Assembly: GCA_944392505.1 (NCBI GenBank)
Contig: CALXWU010000002.1
Coordinates: 1-49,175, forward strand
Source of the DNA: an uncultured Clostridia bacterium
GTDB lineage: Bacteria > Bacillota > Clostridia > TANB77 > CAG-508
Length of the DNA: 49,175 nt
Direction of reading: 5' to 3'
The position numbers and the translations under genes are program-made. The notes below the pieces were generated by a model that saw only the letters and a program-made list of their open reading frames with translations, searched no databases and was not told the DNA's origin. Shown here piece after piece: positions 28,287 through 37,185 of this stretch (position 1 is the first letter of the stretch; each line of letters begins with the position of its first letter).

Positions 28287-29147
28287 ATGAAAGTAAAAAT
28301 GAAATTAATTAATGGAAAAGAACTAGCAAAAAAAATTAGAGAAGGATTAAAAAATGAGGTAATTAAACTTAAAAAAAGAAATATAAATCCAAAACTTGCA
28401 GTAATAATGGTAGGACATGATAAAGCATCTGAAGTATATGTACGAAATAAAAGTAAAGCCTGTCAAGAGATAGGAATAGAATATGAAGAGTTTTTATTGG
28501 AGGCAACCATTACACAAAAAGAGTTGATGGATTTAATAAATAATCTTAATGAAAGAAAAGATGTCCATGGAATTTTATTGCAAAGCCCTATTCCAGAGCA
28601 TCTTGATATACGAGAAGCCTTTAATAGCATAGACTATAGAAAAGATGTAGATGGGTTTAATCCTATTAACGTAGGTAAATTATCAATAGGAGAAGATTGT
28701 TTCATATCTTGTACTCCATATGGAGTTATAAAGATGTTAGAAGAATACAATATTCCTGTAGAGGGAAAAAGGGCTGTAATTATTGGAAGAAGTAATATTG
28801 TAGGTAAACCATTGCTCCAATGCTTATTAAATAAGAATGCCACGGTTACAATCTGCCATTCTAAAACAAAAAATATAGAGGAAATAACAAGAGAAGCTGA
28901 TATATTAGTGGCTGCATTAGGAAAACCTAAATTTGTAAAGGAAAATATGGTTAAAGCTGGAGCAGTAGTGATTGACGTAGGAATAAATAGAAATGAAGAG
29001 GGAAAGCTGGTTGGAGACGTGGATTTTGAAAATGTTTCTAAAAAAGCATCATATATAACGCCAGTTCCCGGAGGGGTAGGACCTATGACAATTGCAATGC
29101 TTATGAGTAATGTAGTTAAAGCTGCGAGAAAGGCATTAAAAGAGTAA
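28287..29147 (+). CDS. folD: Bifunctional methylenetetrahydrofolate dehydrogenase/cyclohydrolase
   Basis: GILLQSPIP, VIGRSNIVGKP, TPVPGGVGPMT. Alternative start at 28299. Confidence 0.9.
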   Translation: MKVKMKLINGKELAKKIREGLKNEVIKLKKRNINPKLAVIMVGHDKASEVYVRNKSKACQEIGIEYEEFLLEATITQKELMDLINNLNERKDVHGILLQSPIPEHLDIREAFNSIDYRKDVDGFNPINVGKLSIGEDCFISCTPYGVIKMLEEYNIPVEGKRAVIIGRSNIVGKPLLQCLLNKNATVTICHSKTKNIEEITREADILVAALGKPKFVKENMVKAGAVVIDVGINRNEEGKLVGDVDFENVSKKASYITPVPGGVGPMTIAMLMSNVVKAARKALKE

Positions 29148-29187
29148 CAAAAAATATTCGGGGGCAATTTCAAAAGGAGAAGTTGTT

Positions 29188-29847
29188 ATGAATATTAAAA
29201 TTGAAAAAAATAAAATAAAAACCATTAAATTTGGAGATGATAATTATCCAGAAAAATTAAAAAATATATATTGGAAGCCACAAGATTTATATTTAATAGG
29301 AAATGAAGAATTACTTAACTGCAAATCAATAGCCATAATTGGGTGCAGGGACTGCACAGATTATGGAAAAAAGAATTCATATAAATTTGGGTATGAACTT
29401 GCAAGAAAAGGAATATGCGTTATAAGTGGATTGGCAAGAGGTATAGATACTTTTGCACATATTGGAGCATTAAAAGCCAAAGGTAAAACCCTAGCAGTAC
29501 TTGGATGCGGACTAGACATTGTGTATCCTCCAGAAAATTTAAACTTGTATCAAGAAATTTTAAAAAACGATGGAGCAATATTGACAGAATATCCAATTGG
29601 AACTAAACCAGAAAAATACAATTTCCCAGCGAGAAACAGGATAATTAGCGGCCTTTCTGATGGAGTATTGGTTATAGAGGCAAAAAAGAGAAGCGGAACC
29701 TCAATTACTGTAGATTATGCTTTAGAGCAAGGGAAAGATGTGTATGCAATACCAGGAAATATTTCTAGCGTGAGTTCCTATGGAACGAATGAACTTATAA
29801 AAGAAGGTGCAATACCAGTAACAACAGTAGAAGATATCATGATTTAA
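29188..29847 (+). CDS. dprA: DNA-processing protein DprA/Smf, Rossmann-fold core only (219 aa)
   Basis: SGLARGIDTFAH, FPARNRIISGLS, GTSITVDYALEQGKDV. No N-terminal SAM-like or C-terminal winged-helix extension. Confidence 0.85.
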   Translation: MNIKIEKNKIKTIKFGDDNYPEKLKNIYWKPQDLYLIGNEELLNCKSIAIIGCRDCTDYGKKNSYKFGYELARKGICVISGLARGIDTFAHIGALKAKGKTLAVLGCGLDIVYPPENLNLYQEILKNDGAILTEYPIGTKPEKYNFPARNRIISGLSDGVLVIEAKKRSGTSITVDYALEQGKDVYAIPGNISSVSSYGTNELIKEGAIPVTTVEDIMI

Positions 29848-29849
29848 AT

Positions 29850-29912
29850 GGGACAGGTGTTTTTGTGACAAAAGTGGTAATTAAGGACAGGCGTAAAAGT
29901 GACAGAAGAGAC
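29850..29912 (+). repeat. Repeat type B copy 2
   Basis: GGGACAGGTGTTTTTGTGACAAAAGTGGTAA is identical to copy 1. A second unit AGGACAGGCGTAAAAGTGACAGAAG starts 34 nt later. Begins 2 nt after the dprA stop (coordinates +/-1). Confidence 0.75.
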
Positions 29913-29943
29913 ATTCAAATAAGAGAAAGGAATGTAAGAAACT

Positions 29944-31215
29944 ATGGATAATGCAAAAGATAAACAAATAAATGTTAATTTGTACACCAGATACAAAACC
30001 TTTTCCTGGGATGTTTTATTTTATTATGCAATAATATTCTTATTTTTCACTCAAACTAAAGGAATAAATGCTGCAGATGTTCTTCTAGCAGAATCCTTCT
30101 ATCCAATTTTTAAAATGGTATTTTTAATTCCAGCAACGATTTTAATTAATTCAATCGGAAAAAGAAAAAGTTTAATTATAGGAAATAGCTTTATATGTAT
30201 AGCGATATTTGTATACATAATAGCATTTGATTTCGCATTTGTGGTTCTGGGAGAACTGTTATCAGCTATTGGTTTTATTATAAAGGGAATTTGTGAGTCA
30301 AACATACTATATGATTCGTTAGAAAAGGATGAGAAAAGAGGCTCGATTTTTGCAAAAATAGAAGGAAAGGGCACTTCATATTATTATTATGTTGATGCAA
30401 TCTCATCTGTTATAGCCGGTTTTCTATTCGCAGTAAATGGATATATTCCAATGATTTTGTGTTTGATAATGACAATTGTATCAATTTATCTATCTACCAA
30501 GTTTAAAGATATAGACGAAAAACAAAAGATAACTAAACATCAAGTGGTTAAAGAATGCAAAGATCTATGGAACTCCTTCAAATTATTTAATAAATCGCCA
30601 AGACTAAAAAATTTAATATTTTTTGGAGCATTAGTGTCTGCAATTATTCTATCTATTACTATGCTTAGAAGTAGCATTATGCAAGACATTGGAATACCAG
30701 CAGAATATTTTGGAATAATATTTGCTGTATTAGGTTTGATTTCTGGAATATCTGCAAAAAATGAATATAGATTTCATAAGAAATTCAAGAACAAGACTTT
30801 AGCCAGTTTAGCAATTCCGCTAGTTTTTTCATGCATGATATTGGGACTAATATGTAATTTGAATATAAGCTATGAAGTTAATGTAATAACGGTATTAGTG
30901 GTATTTTTAGTACAATACATTGCAAGAGGACCGTTTTATCCACTTATAAAAAGATACTTAAATAATTTTACAACTGCAAGTTTGCGTACAAAAATTTCAT
31001 CTTCGTTCAACTTTTTAGAAAATATTTTAAGATTTTTAATAACTTTCTTAGCATCAAATTTATTAAGAGTAACAACAACAGCAAATACATTTATTATCTT
31101 AGGCTGTATCCTTGGAGTCATTATCGTGCTAATGCTTGATAATATGAGAAAAAAAGTAGGTTTAAAGCCAGAACAGTATTCTGAAAGAGACATTAAGATT
31201 GTGGAGTTAAAATAA
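29944..31215 (+). CDS. MFS-type transporter (about 12 TM)
   Basis: 423 aa, alternating hydrophobic helices with a central basic loop. No substrate can be inferred. Confidence 0.7.
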   Translation: MDNAKDKQINVNLYTRYKTFSWDVLFYYAIIFLFFTQTKGINAADVLLAESFYPIFKMVFLIPATILINSIGKRKSLIIGNSFICIAIFVYIIAFDFAFVVLGELLSAIGFIIKGICESNILYDSLEKDEKRGSIFAKIEGKGTSYYYYVDAISSVIAGFLFAVNGYIPMILCLIMTIVSIYLSTKFKDIDEKQKITKHQVVKECKDLWNSFKLFNKSPRLKNLIFFGALVSAIILSITMLRSSIMQDIGIPAEYFGIIFAVLGLISGISAKNEYRFHKKFKNKTLASLAIPLVFSCMILGLICNLNISYEVNVITVLVVFLVQYIARGPFYPLIKRYLNNFTTASLRTKISSSFNFLENILRFLITFLASNLLRVTTTANTFIILGCILGVIIVLMLDNMRKKVGLKPEQYSERDIKIVELK

Positions 31216-31234
31216 AAAACTTTCCTAAAAATCA

Positions 31235-31263
31235 TTGACATATTTGGAGATTATTTATAAAAT
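31235..31263 (+). promoter_or_regulatory. Sigma-A promoter candidate for glgP (TTGACA-N17-TAAAAT)
   Basis: Consensus -35 TTGACA at 31235-31240 and TAAAAT at 31258-31263. Confidence 0.5.
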
Positions 31264-31346
31264 ATATTTGAAAATGGGAGTAGTATGCTTCATTGAATTT
31301 AGACAAATGAAAAAAGATAAAAGGAACCCTAAGGAGGAAGTAATTA

Positions 31347-33905
31347 ATGTACACATTTAATAGGATAAAGGTAAATCCTCAATTGCCTAAGAGGATTGAA
31401 AAATTATTAGATATAGCCAATAATTTATGGTGGTCATGGAATACAAATTTCTTAAAATTATTTAAAGAAATTGATATAGATATATGGGAAAGAGTTGGAA
31501 AAAATCCAGTAAAATTTTTGAAAAAGGTTTCTCAAGAAAAGCTAGAGCAAGCAGCAGAAAATTCGGAATTCTTAAAGCAATATGATAAATTTGTTAAAGA
31601 TTTTGAAGATTATATGAAGAGTAAAAATACCTGGTTTAATAAGAAATATCCTAATAAATCAAATGATTTAATAGCATATTTTTCAGCTGAATATGGTCTT
31701 GATGAAATTTTACCAATTTATTCAGGGGGACTTGGAATTTTGTCAGGAGATCATTTGAAATCAGCGAGTGATTTAGGCGTTCCTCTAATTGCAGTTGGTT
31801 TGTTATATAAAAATGGGTATTTTTGGCAAACTATTAATGGACATGGTGTTCAAGAAACAGAATATAAGGAGTTGGAGGTAGAAAATCTTCCAATACTTCC
31901 AGTAAAAGATGTAGAAGGAAAAGACCTAATAATTTCTGTCGATATGCCAAAAAAGAAATTGTATATTAAAGTGTGGCAAATAAAAGTAGGACGCGTAACT
32001 CTATACTTGATGGACTCGGATATAGATGCAAACATTGCAGAATATAGAGAAATCACTAAAACCTTATATGGAGGAAATCAAGAGACTCGTATTCAACAAG
32101 AAATTGTATTAGGAATGGCGGGGGTTGAACTTTTAAGACGTTTAGGAGTTAAGCCTACTGTATATCATATGAACGAAGGACATTCTTCATTTTTAATACT
32201 AAAATTAATAGAAAATACAATAAAAGATAAAAAAGTATCGTTTAATATAGCAAAAGACATAGTAAGTTCAAAAACAGTATTTACTACACATACTCCTGTT
32301 CCAGCAGGAAATGATATATTTCCAATTGAACTTATGGACACATATTTTAAAGATTATTGGGATAAACTTGGCATAAGCAAGCAAGATTTCTTTAAAATGG
32401 GAATGAAACCTAATGCAAGTCAGAACAGCGGATTTGATATGGGAGTTTTAGCACTAAAAATAGCTGGTAAGAAAAACGGAGTAAGTAAACTACATGGAGC
32501 TGTTTCAAGAGAACTCTTTGGAGATATTTGGCCAAATATTGCAGCCAATGAGGCACCAATAACATATGTGACAAATGGAATTCATACATGTTCATGGATA
32601 CCACAAAATATTAAAAATTTATATAATGAATACTTAGTACCATATTGGCAGGACAATATATTTAATGATGAAGTATGGGAAAGAATAGAGAATATTCCAG
32701 ATGAAAAATTATGGAAGGTTCACATGGAAAGAAAGAGAAAGTTAATTGATTTAGTAAAAAAGAGTACAACACAGAGATTGCATAGATGTGGATATAGCTA
32801 TCAAGAGATTGATAAAATAACATCAAAATTAAGTGAAAATGTGTTGACAATAGGATTCGCAAGAAGATTTGCAACATATAAAAGAGCAACATTAATATTT
32901 AAAGACCTAGAAAGAATCACACAAATATTTAGCAATGAGAATAGACCAATACAAATAATTTTTGCAGGTAAAGCACATCCAGCAGATAAAGAAGGTCAAG
33001 ATTTAATAAAATACATACATGAAATTTCAATGAAACCACAATTTAAAGGAAAGATATTCTTACTAGAAAATTATAACATAGCAATGTCAAGATATTTAAT
33101 TAGTGGTGTAGATGTATGGTTAAATACACCAAGAAGACCAATGGAAGCCTCTGGAACAAGTGGACAGAAAGCATCTGTAAATGGAGTAATCAATTTTAGT
33201 GTACTAGATGGGTGGTGGGCAGAAGGATATAACTCGAAAAATGGTTGGTATATTGGAATAAATGACGAATATGAAAACAATGAAGTTCAAGATAAAGCAG
33301 ATAGTGATGATATTTATACAACCTTAGAAAACAAGATATTGCCTACATATTATGATAGAAATAAAGAAAATATCCCAGAGAAATGGGTAAAAATAATGAA
33401 AAACTCTATTATTTCTACAGGTGGTAGATTTAGTACCTCAAGAATGCTTGTCGATTATGTGGAAAAACTATATATGCCATTATGTGATTTGTATAATACA
33501 TATTATAGCAAATTAGAAAGTGTTGCAGAGTTTAATAGTTGGAAAGAAGATTTATATAGAAATTGGGAGGATATAAAAATATCTCAAGAAAACAATTTAG
33601 ACAATATAACAATAGATGCAGGAAACTATATAGATGTAAAATGTAAAGTAACCTTGCCAAATATATCAATTAATAATATCCAAGCACAGGTGTATTATGG
33701 AAAAATAGAAGACAATGGAGTAGTTGATGATATACAGGTAATTCCTATGGAGTTACAAGACGGAGATAAGGAAAATAAAGTTTATAAATTTACAGCTAAG
33801 ATAAAGCTAGTAAATGGAGGCGAATACGGCTATACCTTTAGAGTAATGCCTAAACATGAGATGATACTTGATCCGGAAAATCTAAATTTAGTTAAATGGA
33901 TTTAA
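31347..33905 (+). CDS. glgP: Alpha-glucan phosphorylase (GT35, DUF3417 N-terminal type)
   Basis: N-terminal NLWWSWN (DUF3417), GGLGILSGDH, PLP-Lys region EASGTSGQKASVNG. 852 aa. Confidence 0.9.
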   Translation: MYTFNRIKVNPQLPKRIEKLLDIANNLWWSWNTNFLKLFKEIDIDIWERVGKNPVKFLKKVSQEKLEQAAENSEFLKQYDKFVKDFEDYMKSKNTWFNKKYPNKSNDLIAYFSAEYGLDEILPIYSGGLGILSGDHLKSASDLGVPLIAVGLLYKNGYFWQTINGHGVQETEYKELEVENLPILPVKDVEGKDLIISVDMPKKKLYIKVWQIKVGRVTLYLMDSDIDANIAEYREITKTLYGGNQETRIQQEIVLGMAGVELLRRLGVKPTVYHMNEGHSSFLILKLIENTIKDKKVSFNIAKDIVSSKTVFTTHTPVPAGNDIFPIELMDTYFKDYWDKLGISKQDFFKMGMKPNASQNSGFDMGVLALKIAGKKNGVSKLHGAVSRELFGDIWPNIAANEAPITYVTNGIHTCSWIPQNIKNLYNEYLVPYWQDNIFNDEVWERIENIPDEKLWKVHMERKRKLIDLVKKSTTQRLHRCGYSYQEIDKITSKLSENVLTIGFARRFATYKRATLIFKDLERITQIFSNENRPIQIIFAGKAHPADKEGQDLIKYIHEISMKPQFKGKIFLLENYNIAMSRYLISGVDVWLNTPRRPMEASGTSGQKASVNGVINFSVLDGWWAEGYNSKNGWYIGINDEYENNEVQDKADSDDIYTTLENKILPTYYDRNKENIPEKWVKIMKNSIISTGGRFSTSRMLVDYVEKLYMPLCDLYNTYYSKLESVAEFNSWKEDLYRNWEDIKISQENNLDNITIDAGNYIDVKCKVTLPNISINNIQAQVYYGKIEDNGVVDDIQVIPMELQDGDKENKVYKFTAKIKLVNGGEYGYTFRVMPKHEMILDPENLNLVKWI

Positions 33906-33985
33906 TAGACTAATATATTTATTGCAACAGAAAAAATAATATAGAAACACAAAATTAATAAGATAAAAGAATGGAGGTAAAAACT

Positions 33986-34147
33986 ATGGAAGAAGAAAAA
34001 AATAATATAGGAACAGAGGATAAACAAGAAAATGTTGACAAATTTAAAGATAAGAAAAATGCTTTTACAATGACATATATACTTGTAGGAATTACTATTA
34101 TAGCAATACTAGGATTGCTTGTATATGCATTAATCGTATCAAACTAG
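33986..34147 (+). CDS. Small tail-anchored membrane protein (53 aa), not in the ORF track
   Basis: RBS TGGAGGT 7 nt upstream. Acidic/lysine-rich N-terminus then one TM helix (TMTYILVGITIIAILGLLVYALIV). Terminator follows. Confidence 0.45.
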   Translation: MEEEKNNIGTEDKQENVDKFKDKKNAFTMTYILVGITIIAILGLLVYALIVSN

Positions 34148-34156
34148 GATTCTAAA

Positions 34157-34188
34157 ACAAAGGGACACGCATTTGTGTCCCTTTTGTT
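34157..34188. terminator. Bidirectional terminator hairpin AACAAAGGGACAC / GTGTCCCTTTTGTT
   Basis: 13-14 bp stem between convergent genes. Member of the GGGACAC hairpin family. Confidence 0.75.
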
Positions 34189-34200
34189 CAAACTTTTGCA

Positions 34201-35793
34201 CTAATAATAAATCATATAATCAATTTCTGGGAAGATACAATCTATTTTATTAATTTGCTTTAGAAAATCTGCATCTATTTTATCGTCTGTAATCTGATAG
34301 TATAGTTTAGTAAATCTACCAATATGATCTTTTATTCTCTTTTTAGCGTAATCTACCATTGTCCCATTTGTTATAATAAATAACCAATCACTACTTTGTG
34401 CTAAAAGCAATTCTCTTGCACATTGATTTAGAGCTTTTCTACGTAAAGATGTCTTTTTTTCATTTGGATAAAGATGTGCAAGCTCTACCATGCGATTTCC
34501 TGCAACATGTAAATGTTTATGAACGTAATCGTTAGTTTGATTAAGCCATACTTCACTATATCCATTAGCCCCCCAACTTGACCTACAAGGTGTAGATACC
34601 TGCATTAGAGGATATTTATCAATATATTCACTTGGTGTGATTAGTTTAAAATTGCAATCATCATAATATATTTTCTTAAATAAAATATAAAGCCAATATG
34701 GACCTTCATACCACCAATGACCATATAGTTCGGCATCATAAGGGCATAAAATAATTGGAGGATTCGCAGTAATGTTGGATAATTTTTCAATCTGTGCTTT
34801 TCTACTATCAAAGAAATGACCTGCTTGCTTTTCAGCAGAATCTTTCGCCCACTGAATATCGTAATAATCCTTATCGCAATTTTTTCCAGTAATTCTGTAA
34901 TATTTAATACCTGTATGAACTCTTGCACCGTTTGAAGCTATATATGGTTTTATGTAATCATAATCAGCATCATAACCAATATCTCTATAAAACTCCCTAT
35001 AATTAAAGTCTCCGGGATAGCCATTAATAGAACTCCACACTTGCCTTGAGGAGTCTATATCTCTACCAAAAGCTATAACTCCTTCTGGGGATACAATCGG
35101 AGCAAATGTGCCATATACTGGAGTAGGATCAGCATATAAAATGCCATGCGATTCTGTGATTATATAATCAATGCCAAATTCTTTAAGGTATTTGTCGGCT
35201 TCAGGTATGTAGCCACACTCTGGAAGCCATATACCACGAGGCCTTTTACCAAAATATTTTTCATAAGTTTGAACTCCTACTGCAATTTGAGCCTTTACTG
35301 TTTGTTCAGTAATATATAGAATAGGAAAATAACCATGTGTAGCTCCACAGGTAATTATTTCTAATACTCCAACATCCTGAAAATGCTTAAAACCTTCAAT
35401 CAAATTACAATTGTATACATCTTTAAATACATGTAAATCATTTGTATATCTATCTAAATAATATTGTGAAAGTTTATTTACTCTTTCATCATTTTTGGTT
35501 CTAACAAGCTCTTTTTCACATAGTTCTATATGTGTTTTTAAATATTTTATATATCTTTTTTGCAATAATTTATTATCTAACATATTAAGAAGAGGGGGAG
35601 TAAGCGACATTGTAATTCTAAAGTCAACTTTTTCCTCCTCTAATTTTTGGAAATTTAATAACAATGGTATATATGTTTCAGAAATAGCTTCATATAACCA
35701 TTGCTCTTCTAAATAATCTTCACTCTCTGGATGATGAATAAATGGTAAATGCGCATGAAGTACAAAACTTACATATCCTTTTTCTTTTGTCAT
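34201..35793 (-). CDS. GH57-family 1,4-alpha-glucan branching enzyme (DUF1957-containing)
   Basis: N-terminal YVSFVLHAHLPFIHHPE, GH57 catalytic region (WLPECGY, CPYDAELYGHWW). Start taken at MTKEKGY (35793). Confidence 0.85.
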   Translation of the reverse strand: MTKEKGYVSFVLHAHLPFIHHPESEDYLEEQWLYEAISETYIPLLLNFQKLEEEKVDFRITMSLTPPLLNMLDNKLLQKRYIKYLKTHIELCEKELVRTKNDERVNKLSQYYLDRYTNDLHVFKDVYNCNLIEGFKHFQDVGVLEIITCGATHGYFPILYITEQTVKAQIAVGVQTYEKYFGKRPRGIWLPECGYIPEADKYLKEFGIDYIITESHGILYADPTPVYGTFAPIVSPEGVIAFGRDIDSSRQVWSSINGYPGDFNYREFYRDIGYDADYDYIKPYIASNGARVHTGIKYYRITGKNCDKDYYDIQWAKDSAEKQAGHFFDSRKAQIEKLSNITANPPIILCPYDAELYGHWWYEGPYWLYILFKKIYYDDCNFKLITPSEYIDKYPLMQVSTPCRSSWGANGYSEVWLNQTNDYVHKHLHVAGNRMVELAHLYPNEKKTSLRRKALNQCARELLLAQSSDWLFIITNGTMVDYAKKRIKDHIGRFTKLYYQITDDKIDADFLKQINKIDCIFPEIDYMIYY

Positions 35794-35853
35794 ATATTTT
35801 CTTACCTTTCTTAGTATATATTTTTGCACGAATTTTGTTTTGTAAAATTCTAA

Positions 35854-36711
35854 TTATTTAAAAGTAGAACTGTTTGAAGAAGAAAGATTTAGGCGCATAT
35901 TTTCTTTATCTAATTCCTCAATATTAATTTCGCCATCATATAATTCTTTATATAACTCATAAATATCATATACTTTACCAAGATTTCTAATAAATGAAAG
36001 AGATGAAATTTCTTTTTCTTCAATATAATTTGTTTTCACATTCTTGAAGAATACAGATCTTCCAAGTTTATCAAATAAAATATGACTATTAGGCATTTCC
36101 ATATCATTTGAAGTAGAAACATAAATATAATTATCTATATTTGAATTAGAATAAATTGGTCTTCTTCCTAATTCTACTGCATAATCACAGTCAGCATCAT
36201 TTACATGAAGATACCAACTATTAGCAAAGTCATTTATATCTATCTCAAAGGAGTAATTCATAGTTCTATTTGTAACTTTTAATACAGGTTTGGTACTATT
36301 GAAAAAATCTTCTCCATATTTATCAATATATGCTTTTCTATCTGCATCAGAAATATCCCAATAAATGAAAAGCATTGTTGGGGTTTGAGCTAAAATTTTC
36401 ACAACAGTTTCGTTATATCTATATGGTAAATCGTAATATTCTACATTTGAAAGCGTTATTCCTTTTTTCGCAGTCGCAGTTTTCTTTTTAGCTACATTTT
36501 TACGAGAAGAAGTTTTTTTACTTTTAGGAACTTGAATAGATGTAGAATTTGAGGTTCCTTTTTTTGTAATTGCTTTTTCGCTTTTTGAACTTACCTTATT
36601 AGTTTTAGAAGTAGCTTTTTTAGATTTACTTTTACTATTACTCTTACTTTTATCTTTTACTAATATTTCATTATTTAATTCTTTTAATTCATCTTTAGAT
36701 TTTCTTGGCAT
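35854..36711 (-). CDS. DUF4912-domain protein with a Lys/Ser-rich N-terminus
   Basis: LPYRYNETVVKILAQTPTMLFIYWDIS matches DUF4912, a frequent neighbour of GH57 enzymes. RBS GGAGGAAG. Confidence 0.75.
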   Translation of the reverse strand: MPRKSKDELKELNNEILVKDKSKSNSKSKSKKATSKTNKVSSKSEKAITKKGTSNSTSIQVPKSKKTSSRKNVAKKKTATAKKGITLSNVEYYDLPYRYNETVVKILAQTPTMLFIYWDISDADRKAYIDKYGEDFFNSTKPVLKVTNRTMNYSFEIDINDFANSWYLHVNDADCDYAVELGRRPIYSNSNIDNYIYVSTSNDMEMPNSHILFDKLGRSVFFKNVKTNYIEEKEISSLSFIRNLGKVYDIYELYKELYDGEINIEELDKENMRLNLSSSNSSTFK

Positions 36712-36791
36712 TTCTTCCTCCGTAAAACAAAATATTCTACTATATAATATATCAAATAGGAAATAAATTCAAGAGAAAGAAGAAAATTTTC

Positions 36792-36820
36792 TTGCATTTC
36801 TTCTGAAAATATGGTAATAT
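36792..36820 (+). promoter_or_regulatory. Sigma-A promoter candidate for the valS leader (TTGCAT-N17-TAATAT, TGn extended -10)
   Basis: TTGCAT at 36792-36797 and TGGTAATAT at 36812-36820. Confidence 0.5.
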
Positions 36821-36829
36821 ACATAACAT

Positions 36830-37131
36830 AATGCTAAGAAGAAGAGGAGTAAGTTTTAAATTTCTATAAAGAGAATAGAAGCATTTGCTGTGAGCTTCTA
36901 ATAGAAATAAAACTGAAGGTAGCTTTGGAGCAGATATGATGAAATAGTAGTAGTTATATACGTATGACTTGCGTTAAAAGTTTCGAGATACAATCTATAT
37001 AAATTTAGTTAATTCTATTTATTGTTTCCTATATATAGAGTATAGAAAAATAGTAAATGTATATAAATTGTGAATTAAGGTGGTACCGTAAGTTAGAAGC
37101 TTGCCCTTATATATTAGGGTAAGCTTCTTTT
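36830..37131 (+). promoter_or_regulatory. T-box leader (Val) with terminator/antiterminator
   Basis: T-box AATTAAGGTGGTACCGTAAG at 37073-37092, terminator AGAAGCTTGCCC/GGGTAAGCTTCT plus TTTT at 37095-37131, AGAGA-type stem I elements, candidate specifier GUA at 36919-36921 in GAAGGUAGC. Confidence 0.8.
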
Positions 37132-37185
37132 GTAATTAAAAATAATATATGATTAATTAATTTAGTAGAGAGGAAATGATGGTTA

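Noticed and set aside
24172-29880. The 31-nt perfect direct repeats as attL/attR of an integrated island next to tRNA genes.
   Set aside because: The bracketed genes (HIT, ylmH, folD, dprA) are housekeeping, there is no integrase, and the repeats belong to a dispersed family. This is kept only as a recombination-substrate remark.
29821-30000. By my hand count, the printed bases in these three lines are 1 nt out of register with the ORF-track coordinates for the dprA stop and the MFS start. The track gives a stop at 29845-47 and a start at 29944.
   Set aside because: This is most likely my own counting or reading error. The ORF-track translations are self-consistent, so I used track coordinates and treat positions here as +/-1. 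I give it no biological interpretation.
36520-36700. Lys/Ser-rich repetitive DNA at the 5' end of the DUF4912 gene.
   Set aside because: This is compositional low complexity of a disordered N-terminus, not a discrete repeat or mobile element.
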